Of a stretch of DNA of 64,000 nucleotides, positions 1-8,548 are shown piece after piece. The notes beneath the pieces are model-generated. The model saw nothing but the letters and a program-made list of their open reading frames with translations. It searched no databases and was not told the DNA's origin. Position 1 is the first letter of the stretch; each line of letters begins with the position of its first letter. The stretch is taken from the NCBI GenBank assembly GCA_965249135.1, contig OZ252220.1, positions 1 through 64,000 on the forward strand, written 5' to 3'. A program made the position numbers and the translations under genes. This stretch comes from Alphaproteobacteria bacterium. Lineage in GTDB: Bacteria > Pseudomonadota > Alphaproteobacteria > GCA-2746255.

Positions 1-3000
1 GCCTGCCGCTCGCCCCGGCCCCACACCACCGGCCCGCCACCCGTCCTGTCGCCGCTCGCCGCCGCGAGCGGCAGCCGGAAGGACGAGCCCGCCAGCACAT
101 CATCGAGGGTGAGCGTGCCGTCCTCGATCGCCCGCGCGTTCGATCGCAGCGTGTCATGGATCGTCGATCCGCCGGCCAAGCTATAGGCGGCCGACTGTTT
201 GCCGCACGCCTCGTCCATGCGCGCACCGATCGCCCGGTTGGTCACATCGGCGAGGGTCAGCGCGTGCTTGGAGAGGATCTCGGCGTTGAGGCGCCGGAAG
301 CGGGCGCGGACCGCGACGCCTTCAGCGTCGACGATGGTCAGGGTGGCTGTGGCAGGTGCCCCCTCCGTCACGCCCTGGGGCAGGTCGCCGAAGCCCAGCG
401 CCACCCTCACGTCATGGAAATTGTCGTCTTGTTGGGCCTGTCCCGTGGCCTCGATGGTGAAGCTCCTGGTGGTGTCGCCCATCTCCTCGAATTTGAGCGT
501 GACGGTCCCGGTCGCAGGATCCAAGACATCCGGATCCGTAACCGTAACCGTATAGTCGGCCGCCACGGTCCGGCCCCGCGGGGTCACCGTGATCGGGATC
601 TCCAGCGCGTCGGCCGCTTGCTTGCTCAGCGTCACCGTCACCCTTACCGGATCGCCGCCCTCTTCGACCGCATAGGCCGCGGCGCCGAAGCGCACCGAAT
701 ACACCCGCACCACTTTAATGGCCATGGCGTACGCCACGCTGTCGCTCTCGCCGTCACTGACCTTGAACTCGAACGTCGCGAAAGGATCGCCGTGCGCGTT
801 CTCCGGCGGAGTGTAGAGGAGGTTGCCCGCTTCGAGGTCGGCCGGCGTCACCTGCCGGGGTAGGGTGTCGCTGGTGATGGCCGCGCCGTTAAGCGACAGC
901 GTCCCCCGGTCATTCCCCTCGTCATCCACGGGCGGCGAGGCTATCTTCACGTGGTGCAGCGTGTCCACTTCGTCGTCTGAATAGGCGAAGTCTTTCATCG
1001 TAAAGCGGTACGATTCGTTATCGTTCATAGACACCTTCCCGTTGTAACCCGTGGGGGGGTAGTTGAACGGCGTGGCGTTCGCGACGGATGCGTCGCCCTC
1101 GCCGGCATCGTTCGTCGCGCGCACTGCCAACGTGTACTCGGTGCCGTTTTTCAGGCCGGTGACGGTGTGTGTGGTGGTTCCGGCACCGCTCCTGCTGATT
1201 TCGGCGAATTTACCGCCACCGTCGGTGCTGACCTGGTAGCCGGTGATGGTGCTGTCGTTCGGATCGACCCACTCAAGCTCGACCTGGCGGTAACCCGGCC
1301 CGACCGAGGAAATCTCCGGGGCGGCCGGCGGCGCAATCGGCCTGGCGGTCACGGTGGATGCCGGGCCGTTACCGGGATCGTTTACCGCGCGCACTGCAAA
1401 GGTGTACTCGGTGCCGTTGGTCAGGCCGGTCACGATGTATCCGGTGGGGGGCGCATCGGGGTCGGTGACGGCGATGTTCGCCCAGTCAGTGTAGGTGCTG
1501 TCGTCGCTGTTCCTCACTTTCGAGCGGACCTGGTACTTGGTGATCGATCTGTCGCTCGGATCGTTCCACGCAAGCACCACCTGGCGGTCGCCCGGCGTGG
1601 CCGAGGAAATCGTCGGGGCGTCCGGCACCGCAATCGGCGTGGCCCCCACGCTGGAGGCTTCGCCGTCACCGGAAGCGTTCACCGCGCGCAGCTCAAACCC
1701 GTACGGGCTGCCGTTAGTCAGGCCGGTCACGGTGTAGGTGGTGGTAGTCGCACTGCTGCCGACGATGTCGCTCCAGTCGCCGAAATCGGCGCCGCTCACC
1801 CTCTGCCGGTACTGATACTTGGTGATGCTGCTGTCGTTCGGATCGTCCCAGGTCAGCACAGCCTGCCCGTTAGCCGGCATGGCCGCGAGGTTCGCCGGCG
1901 CGGCCGGCACCGGCACCGGCCTGGCGTCCACGCTGGATGGCCGGCCGGTGTCGGTGCTCCCGGACGTATCCACCGCCTGCACCTTGAAGGTGTAGTCGGT
2001 GCGATTGGTCAAGCCGGGAATGAGCAGGGTCGTCTGATCCCCCGAGCCGGGCGAGAGAAACGTTGTCAAGAGCGGGTCCACGGAGTTGATGGGCGTGTAG
2101 TAGGTGCTGACCTTATAACGGGCGATCCCGGGGTCGCCCCTGTCCCACGTCAGCATGACCTGGCCCTCGCCCGGCGCCGCCACCAGACCGGTCGGCGCGG
2201 GCCAGAGCGGCGTGGCGGTTTCGGGGGACGCCGCGCCGGCACCGGACAGATTCACCGCCCGCAGCTCGAACGTGTATTCGGTGCCGTTGGTCAGGCGGGT
2301 ACCGGTGCCGTCGCTCAGGACGGTCACGGTGTGGGTGGTGGTGGCCGCACCGCTGCTCTCGATATCGATGAAGGTCGTGCCGCCGTCGGTGCTGTACTGG
2401 TATCCGCTGACCGTGTTGTTGTCCGGGTCGTCCCAGGACAGTGTGACCTGACGGTCCTCCCCCCCCTCGGCCATGAGGCCCGTCGGGGCGGCCGGAAGCG
2501 TCGGCGCGGTCACGGTAGACGCCGCGCCCACACCGGAAGCGTTCACCGCGCGCAGCTTGAACGTGTACTCGGTGCCGTTGATCAGGCCGGTCACGGTGTA
2601 GGCGAGGGTGTTGTCCGTATCGTTTTCGCTGATGTCGGTGTCGTCGATATCGGCGAACGTCTCGCCGCCGTCGGTGCTGACCTGGTACCCGGTGATCGTG
2701 TCGTCGTCCGGATCGTCCCAGGTCAGCGCAACCTCGGTGGCGCCCGCCGCGGCCGAGAGCGCCGTCGGGGCGGCTGGCACCGCAATCGGCGTGGCGGTTA
2801 CGGTGGCTGCGAGACCTTTACCCGCATCGTTTTCTGCACGCACGGCAAACGTGTACTCGGTGCCGTTGGTCAGGCCCATGACCGTGTGTGCGGTGGTCTC
2901 CTTGTCGCTGTCGGCGATCGGGCTGTAGTTGGCGCCGCCATCGGTGCTGACCTCATAGCTATAGCTGCCGATGGTTGCATCGTTGCTCGGCTTCTCCCAG

Positions 3001-6000
3001 GACAGCGCCACCTGGCCGTCGCCCGGCGCGGCCGCGAGGTTCTCCGGGGCGTTCGGGATCGCAATCGGCTTGGCGTCCACGGTGGACGCCGGGCCCTCAC
3101 CGGTACCGTTCCCCGCGCGCACCTCAAACGTGTAGGTCGTGCCGTTGGTCAGGCCGGTCGCGGTGTATGTGGTGGGGGGCGTGGGGGGCGTCGCATGGGG
3201 GTTGGGGTGGGTGATGTCCGCCCAGGGGGTGTAGGTGCTGTCGTTGCTGTCCTTCTCCTTCCAGCGGACCTGGTACTTGGTGATCGTGATGTTGTCCGGA
3301 TCGTCCCATTTCAGCACGACCCGGCTGTCACCCGGCGTGGCCGAGGAAATCGTCGGGGCGGCTGGCAGCGGCGGCGCCACCGGTGTGGCTTTCACGCTGG
3401 CTTTCACGCTGGTTTGGGTGCCGCCGGCTGTGGTCGACCACACCATGAAGGTATATTCGGTGCCGTTGGCCAACGGCTGATTGGGATCGAGGCCAATGGA
3501 ATCGTCAACCTTCGACGGCGATGCGCCAAAGCTGAGGAAAGATGACCAATTTACTCCGGGGCCTATGGTTGTGACAATATAGTCTTTCGCCCCGGGGACG
3601 CCCGTCCACTCCAGATGAACCCGGGTGTGGTCCGGCGTCGCCACGAGATTCGGCGCGGGCCAGAGCGGCGTGGCTTTATCGCTGGACGCCGCGCCCTCGC
3701 CGGAAGCGTTCACCGCCCGCAGCTCGACCGTGTGCTGCCTGCCGTTGCTCAGGCCGGTCACGGTGTGTGAGACGGTGGTCGCACCGCTGCCGTCGATGTC
3801 GGTCCAGTCGCCGAAAGCGCGGTTGCCCCTCTTCTGCCGGTATTGGTACCCGGTGATCGGGACGTTGCCCGGATCGTCCCAGGTCAGCGCCACCTCGCCC
3901 CCGTCGCTGCCCCGCGTGGCCGCGAAGTTCGCCGGGGCGGCCGGTACCGCGATCGGCGTGGCGGTCACGGTGGCCCACGGGCCGTCACCGGAAGCGTTCT
4001 TCGCGCGCACCCCCAAGGTGTACTGGGTGCCGTTGATCACGGTGTTACCGCCACCATCGCTCAGGAAGACTACGGTGTATTCGGTGGTGGTCGCGCTGCT
4101 GTCACCAATGGAGACGAAGGTCGTCACGCCGCCGTTGGTGCTGTAGTCGTACCCGCTGATCGTGAGGTTGTTCGGATCGTCCCAGGTAAGCAGAACCTCG
4201 CCGTCACCCGCCGTGGGCGTGAGGCCCGTCGGCGCGGCGGGCAGAGCCACCGCCGGCGTGGCGGTCGCGGTAGATGCCGCACCGGTGATCTGGAAATTGG
4301 TGAAGGTTCCCGACGCCGCCCGCACTGTGAAGGTGTAGTTGGTGCCGTCGGTTAACCCGCCAACGGATACGGTCGCCTTATTCCCCGATCCGGACTCGTG
4401 CGCATTATCCGAAACCTGAGTGTTGGTGCCGGTGAGCGTCGTCCGGACCGCATAACGGGCGATCCCGGAGTCGCCCGTGTCCCACTGCAGCACGACCCGG
4501 CCTTTGTCCGGCACCGCCGTCACGACCGGCGCGGGCCACAGTGGCGTGGCGGTCACGCGGGGCGCCGCGCCGGGACCGGAATCGTTCACCGCGCGCACCG
4601 CCAACGTGTACGCGGTGCCGTTGATCAGGCCGGTCACGGTGGTGGCGGTGGGGGGCGCAGCGGGGTCGGTGACGGCGATGTTCGCCCACGCAGTGTAGGT
4701 GCTGTCGTCGCTGTCCTCCACCTTCGAGCGGACCTGGTATTTGGTAATCGTGCTGTCGGCCGAACCGTCCCAGGTGAGCGCAACCTCCTGGCTGCGCGCC
4801 GTGGGCGAGAGATTCGCCGGGGGGTCCGGCACCAGCGCCGGCGTGGCGATCTTGCTGGAGGGCAGGCCGGTGATCACGGCGGTGCTGCCGGACTTATCCA
4901 CCGCCCGCACCGTGAAGGTGTATTCGGTGCCGTTGGTCAAGGGGGAAATGGTGGTGGTCGTCGTGTTCCCCGATCCGGCCGGGACGTCCAAGATCTCAGG
5001 CGTCGCGCCGCTGCTGGTGGCCTGCCAATGGATCCGATAATGGGTGATCAAGGCGTCGCCCGTATCCCACTGCAATATGGTTTTGCGGTCGCCCGGATTC
5101 GCCGCCAGATCGGCCGGCGCGGGCCACAGTGGCGTGGCGGTGATGGCGGCGGCCGTGCCGCCAGCTAAATCGTTAGCCGCGCGCAGCGCCAACGTGTATG
5201 CGGTTCCGTTGGTCAGGCCGGTCACGGTGTGTTCGAGGGTGTTGTCCGTATTGTTTTCGATGATGTCGTTGCTGTCGATATTGGTGAAGGTCGTGCCGCC
5301 GTCGGTGCTCACCTGGTATTTGGCAATCGTGCTGTCAGCCGGATCGTCCCAGGTCAGAGTGGCCTTGCGGTCTTCGCCCTGCGTGACCGAGAGGTTCGCC
5401 GGGGCGGGCCACAGGGGAATAGCATCGGCGTCGGCCGGATTGCCGTTTCCGTAAGCGTTCACCGCGCGTACCCACAATGTGTATTGGGTGCCGTTGGTCA
5501 GGCCGGTCACGGTGTAGGTGGTGGTGGTCCGACTGCTGCCGCTGATGTCGGTGAAGTTCCCGCCGCCGTCGGTGCTGACCTGGTACTTCCGGATTGTGTT
5601 GTCGCCCGGATTGATCCAGGACAGCGTGGCTTGGCCGTCACCCGCCGTAGCCGAGAGGCCCTCCGGGGCGGCCGGTGGCGCGCGCGGCGTCGCGGTCGTG
5701 GTGGATGCCCGGCCGGGACCGGAAATGTTCCTCGCGCGCAACTCGAACGTGTACTCGGTGCCGTTGGTCAGGCCGGTCACGGTGTGTTCGGTGGTGTCCG
5801 CACCGCTGCCGTCGATGTCCGTCCACGCAGTGTAGGTGCTGTCCGTCACCTTCGAGCGGACCTGGTATCTGGCGATCGTGTCGCCGCCCGGATTGGACCA
5901 GGACAGCGTGACCGCGCCGTCACCCGGCACGGGCAAGAGGTTAGTCGGGGCGGCCGGAAGCGTCGCGGCGGTCACGGTGGCTGCTGCGCCGTTGCCGCCA

Positions 6001-7139
6001 ACATTCTTCGCACGCACCGCAAACGTGTACGCGGTGCTGCTGGTGAGGCCGGTCACGGTGTATCCGGTGGGGGGCGCATCGGGGTCGGTGACGGCGATGT
6101 TTGCCCACGCAGTGTAGGTGCAATCGTCGCAGTCACTCACCTTCGAGCGGACCTGGTATCTGGTGATCGTGTTGTTGCCCGGATCGCCCCAGGTCAGCGT
6201 CACCTCGTCGGTTTCATCCGACGCGGCCGAGAGGTTCGGGGCGGCCGGAAGCGTCGCGGTGGTCACGGTGGCTGCTGCGCCGTTGCCGCCAACATTCTTC
6301 GCACGCACCGCAAACGTGTACGCGGTGCCGCTGGTGAGGCCGGTCACGGTGTAGCTGTCGGTGCTCGCATCACTGCCGTCGATGTCGGTCCAGTTGCCGT
6401 AGGCGTCGTCGCCTGTTTTCCAGCGATACTGGTACTTGGTGATCGTGTTGTTGGCCGGATCGTCCCAGGTCAGCGCCACCTGGGTTTCACCCGGCGCGGC
6501 CGAGAGGTTCGGGGCGGCCGGGGCCAAGGTGTTCCCCTGGACCCTGATTTGTATCGAAGTCGAGTACACACCGCCATCACCCTCCCAGCCCCCGGTTCCG
6601 TCAGACCGGCGCGTGTAGCGATGATCGCCGATGCTCCACCCTATGGCCTTGCCGGAATCTTCGTTGTCGTTAGCCGTCAGGTTCCAACGAGGTCTGGTTC
6701 CGCTACCGTCAAACGTCATGTGCACGAAGTATTGGGTGTCTCGATTCAAACGGGCTCCGCCAGGGGCGGTGAATGTCTGGACTCCCGTCCCCACGTTGGA
6801 CGGGTTGGTCAAGGTGTATAAGACCGCGTTGCTCGGGCGACCCGATCCGGTGGCGGCTCTCACCGTGACCGTCAGGGTTCCACTACCCGGAGCCCCCTGC
6901 GTGTCCAACTGGATACTTGATAGGTCGTAGCCCCGCGTATTCTGGCCCGTAAAGAACCCCTGAGCGCAGTCTAGTTCTATTACTGGTTCAGAACCCAAGA
7001 CACATGCTGTATGGCCGTGAGTGGTTTGCCCCGTGTTGCTCACGAGGGTCTGGGCGTGCGCCGGCGCCGAAAAGCCGAGCGGCAGCGCGGCGGCGGCGAG
7101 AACTGCGCCGATCAATTTCAGCCTCGGGAAAGGTCTCAC
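1..7139 (-). CDS. Giant secreted fibronectin type III repeat protein, autotransporter-like adhesin (3' end outside window)
   Basis: One minus-strand frame with no stop to position 1 (hence absent from the ORF track). GTG at 7139 follows an AGGGGG RBS; an in-frame ATG at 7223 is the alternative start. Signal peptide ends FSAPAHA|QTLVSNTGQ. About 19 FN3 units (W..P....I..YQ, TVTGLTNGT.Y.F.VRA.N..G.G), then cadherin-like and Calx-beta-like domains and a linker into ..GSSFRLPL..VVWGRG, resembling an autotransporter barrel start. Confidence 0.85.
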   Translation of the reverse strand, partial: MRPFPRLKLIGAVLAAAALPLGFSAPAHAQTLVSNTGQTTHGHTACVLGSEPVIELDCAQGFFTGQNTRGYDLSSIQLDTQGAPGSGTLTVTVRAATGSGRPSNAVLYTLTNPSNVGTGVQTFTAPGGARLNRDTQYFVHMTFDGSGTRPRWNLTANDNEDSGKAIGWSIGDHRYTRRSDGTGGWEGDGGVYSTSIQIRVQGNTLAPAAPNLSAAPGETQVALTWDDPANNTITKYQYRWKTGDDAYGNWTDIDGSDASTDSYTVTGLTSGTAYTFAVRAKNVGGNGAAATVTTATLPAAPNLSAASDETDEVTLTWGDPGNNTITRYQVRSKVSDCDDCTYTAWANIAVTDPDAPPTGYTVTGLTSSTAYTFAVRAKNVGGNGAAATVTAATLPAAPTNLLPVPGDGAVTLSWSNPGGDTIARYQVRSKVTDSTYTAWTDIDGSGADTTEHTVTGLTNGTEYTFELRARNISGPGRASTTTATPRAPPAAPEGLSATAGDGQATLSWINPGDNTIRKYQVSTDGGGNFTDISGSSRTTTTYTVTGLTNGTQYTLWVRAVNAYGNGNPADADAIPLWPAPANLSVTQGEDRKATLTWDDPADSTIAKYQVSTDGGTTFTNIDSNDIIENNTDNTLEHTVTGLTNGTAYTLALRAANDLAGGTAAAITATPLWPAPADLAANPGDRKTILQWDTGDALITHYRIHWQATSSGATPEILDVPAGSGNTTTTTISPLTNGTEYTFTVRAVDKSGSTAVITGLPSSKIATPALVPDPPANLSPTARSQEVALTWDGSADSTITKYQVRSKVEDSDDSTYTAWANIAVTDPAAPPTATTVTGLINGTAYTLAVRAVNDSGPGAAPRVTATPLWPAPVVTAVPDKGRVVLQWDTGDSGIARYAVRTTLTGTNTQVSDNAHESGSGNKATVSVGGLTDGTNYTFTVRAASGTFTNFQITGAASTATATPAVALPAAPTGLTPTAGDGEVLLTWDDPNNLTISGYDYSTNGGVTTFVSIGDSSATTTEYTVVFLSDGGGNTVINGTQYTLGVRAKNASGDGPWATVTATPIAVPAAPANFAATRGSDGGEVALTWDDPGNVPITGYQYRQKRGNRAFGDWTDIDGSGATTVSHTVTGLSNGRQHTVELRAVNASGEGAASSDKATPLWPAPNLVATPDHTRVHLEWTGVPGAKDYIVTTIGPGVNWSSFLSFGASPSKVDDSIGLDPNQPLANGTEYTFMVWSTTAGGTQTSVKASVKATPVAPPLPAAPTISSATPGDSRVVLKWDDPDNITITKYQVRWKEKDSNDSTYTPWADITHPNPHATPPTPPTTYTATGLTNGTTYTFEVRAGNGTGEGPASTVDAKPIAIPNAPENLAAAPGDGQVALSWEKPSNDATIGSYSYEVSTDGGANYSPIADSDKETTAHTVMGLTNGTEYTFAVRAENDAGKGLAATVTATPIAVPAAPTALSAAAGATEVALTWDDPDDDTITGYQVSTDGGETFADIDDTDISENDTDNTLAYTVTGLINGTEYTFKLRAVNASGVGAASTVTAPTLPAAPTGLMAEGGEDRQVTLSWDDPDNNTVSGYQYSTDGGTTFIDIESSGAATTTHTVTVLSDGTGTRLTNGTEYTFELRAVNLSGAGAASPETATPLWPAPTGLVAAPGEGQVMLTWDRGDPGIARYKVSTYYTPINSVDPLLTTFLSPGSGDQTTLLIPGLTNRTDYTFKVQAVDTSGSTDTGRPSSVDARPVPVPAAPANLAAMPANGQAVLTWDDPNDSSITKYQYRQRVSGADFGDWSDIVGSSATTTTYTVTGLTNGSPYGFELRAVNASGDGEASSVGATPIAVPDAPTISSATPGDRQVVLAWNDPSDRSITKYQVRSKVRNSDDSTYTDWANIAVTDPDAPPTGYIVTGLTNGTEYTFAVRAVNDPGNGPASTVTARPIAPPAAPEISSVGPGYRQVELEWVDPNDSTITGYQVSTDGGGKFAEISRSGAGTTTHTVTGLKNGTEYTLAVRATNDAGEGDASVANATPFNYPPTGYNGKVSMNDNESYRFTMKDFAYSDDEVDTLHHVKIASPPVDDEGNDRGTLSLNGAAITSDTLPRQVTPADLEAGNLLYTPPENAHGDPFATFEFKVSDGESDSVAYAMAIKVVRVYSVRFGAAAYAVEEGGDPVRVTVTLSKQAADALEIPITVTPRGRTVAADYTVTVTDPDVLDPATGTVTLKFEEMGDTTRSFTIEATGQAQQDDNFHDVRVALGFGDLPQGVTEGAPATATLTIVDAEGVAVRARFRRLNAEILSKHALTLADVTNRAIGARMDEACGKQSAAYSLAGGSTIHDTLRSNARAIEDGTLTLDDVLAGSSFRLPLAAASGDRTGGGPVVWGRGERQ

Positions 7140-7203
7140 GGAAACTGTCCCCCTGCACGCGACTGTTCGACACGACGCCGGGCTGCCGCTCGGCTTTTCG
7201 GCG
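7065..7203. repeat. Perfect 22-bp inverted repeat (7065-7086 / 7182-7203) bracketing the adhesin RBS and start codon
   Basis: cgccgaaaagccgagcggcagc and its exact reverse complement gctgccgctcggcttttcggcg, 95 bp apart. Confidence 0.9.
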
Positions 7204-7597
7204 TCGATAATGTCGTTATTCATGATTCATGTTGGTCTGCTTGCGGTCAAGCTATACCCTTCGCCGGCCGCGGGCCTCGCTGGCGGCCTTCGGCCGGTGA
7301 CGGTACCACGGGGCGCACCCTTTCGATCTCGAAGCGGCCGGCGAATGACGCGATGCCGACGCTCAGACGCCGGGATTCAGTGTTCGTGGTCGGACTTCAC
7401 TAGCCGCCCGCCGGCGGCGAAGACGATCACGTCGTCGACGCGCGCCGGCCCCTGTCACGAGCGCACGCCCTCAAACACCGCCGCGCAGGGCCGCAGCCGG
7501 CTGGTCGAACGGAGACACTCTCCCTGCTCCGCGAGGATGCGACGAATGCCGGGCAGTCCGGCCCGCGGCCCGTAGGTCCGAACCAAGCTCTCGATCC

Positions 7598-7780
7598 GAT
7601 AGCGGCCTCAAGATCGCCTTCGAGGCCCACGAGGTCTATCTGCCGAAGCCCGCGCTCACGGTCGAGGGGCCGGGCGGGGTCTCGGCTCGCTTCGACTTCC
7701 AGGGCGCGAAGAATGACACCGCAGGTCAAATGCTCACGGTGACGCTGATCAACGATCTCGACGGGAGCGATTACGCATGA
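7598..7780 (+). pseudogene. C-terminal fragment of phage tail tube protein
   Basis: Reads ..AHEVYLPKPALTVEGPGGVSARFDFQGAKN..VTLINDLDGSDYA*; no start; lies directly upstream of tail chaperone and tape measure genes. Confidence 0.65.
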
Positions 7781-7790
7781 GGAGGTCGGC

Positions 7791-8300
7791 ATGATCAGCC
7801 TCAAACAGGAGGCCGGCCCTTACGAGCTGACGCTGCCCTATGGCGTCACCGTCACCGTGACGCCATTGACCACCGCCGCCATGGCGGCGGCGCAAGCCGA
7901 GGCGCGCAAGCGTCTCGAAGGGTTGGAGGCGCAAGCCAGAGAGCGGACCGAAGCCGGCCTGCCACTCGACGGCCTGCCCGATCTCACCGACGACGGCGCC
8001 CGCGAGGGCCAGTACCAGGCGCTGCTGATCCATAGCCTCGCGGCCCGCCACATCACCGCCTGGTCGGGCATCGAGGACGATCCGCCGGTCACGCGCGAGA
8101 ACGTCGCGGCGCTGATGGACCTCTACCCGGTGGGCGAGCGGTTCATTCAGGAGTTCACCCTTAGACAGGTGCTGCTCACCGCGGCAAAAAACGCATCCGG
8201 GCCCTCTGCCGATGGCACCTCCAGCCCGGCGGCGGGCCCGGATATTGCGAAGCCTGCGAGGCGGAAAAAACGCCCTGCGCCCAAGGCGGCCTCGGCCTGA
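7791..8300 (+). CDS. Phage tail assembly chaperone (gpG-like)
   Basis: GAGGAGG RBS; sits between tube and tape measure; in-frame slippery heptamer A AAA AAC at 8186-8192. Confidence 0.75.
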   Translation: MISLKQEAGPYELTLPYGVTVTVTPLTTAAMAAAQAEARKRLEGLEAQARERTEAGLPLDGLPDLTDDGAREGQYQALLIHSLAARHITAWSGIEDDPPVTRENVAALMDLYPVGERFIQEFTLRQVLLTAAKNASGPSADGTSSPAAGPDIAKPARRKKRPAPKAASA

Positions 8301-8548
8301 ACGGCCAGCCCTGCCCGTATCGCGAACACGCGCCGGTCGCACTCGAGGAGCACCAGGCCTGGGATGTCCTGACGGCATCGCTCGGGCAGCTCCGCATCGT
8401 GGCGGCCGGCCGGGTCGTGGGCATCGACATGAACGCGGCGCTCGGTATCGCCCGGGCGCGCGGCTTCGATGAGGCCGTCGTCTCAGAGCTGTTGCAGGCG
8501 GCCGAGGCCGGGTTGATCGAGGCGATGAACGAGAAGGATAGCGACTGA
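8186..8548 (+). CDS. -1 frameshift extension of tail assembly chaperone (gpT-like)
   Basis: -1 frame after the slippery site is open (RIRALCRWHLQPGGGPGYCEAC..MNEKDSD*); its TGA overlaps the tape measure ATG. Confidence 0.7.
   Translation, partial: KKRIRALCRWHLQPGGGPGYCEACEAEKTPCAQGGLGLNGQPCPYREHAPVALEEHQAWDVLTASLGQLRIVAAGRVVGIDMNAALGIARARGFDEAVVSELLQAAEAGLIEAMNEKDSD

Noticed and set aside
1070-6520. Periodic repeats as a CRISPR array or DGR template/variable pair
   Set aside because: Repeats are degenerate coding FN3 motifs with ~300-bp period; no cas or reverse transcriptase gene in the window
156-6930. Long plus-strand ORFs (e.g. 1167-3545, 5229-6821)
   Set aside because: Arg/Gly-rich antisense shadows of the GC-rich minus-strand FN3 gene
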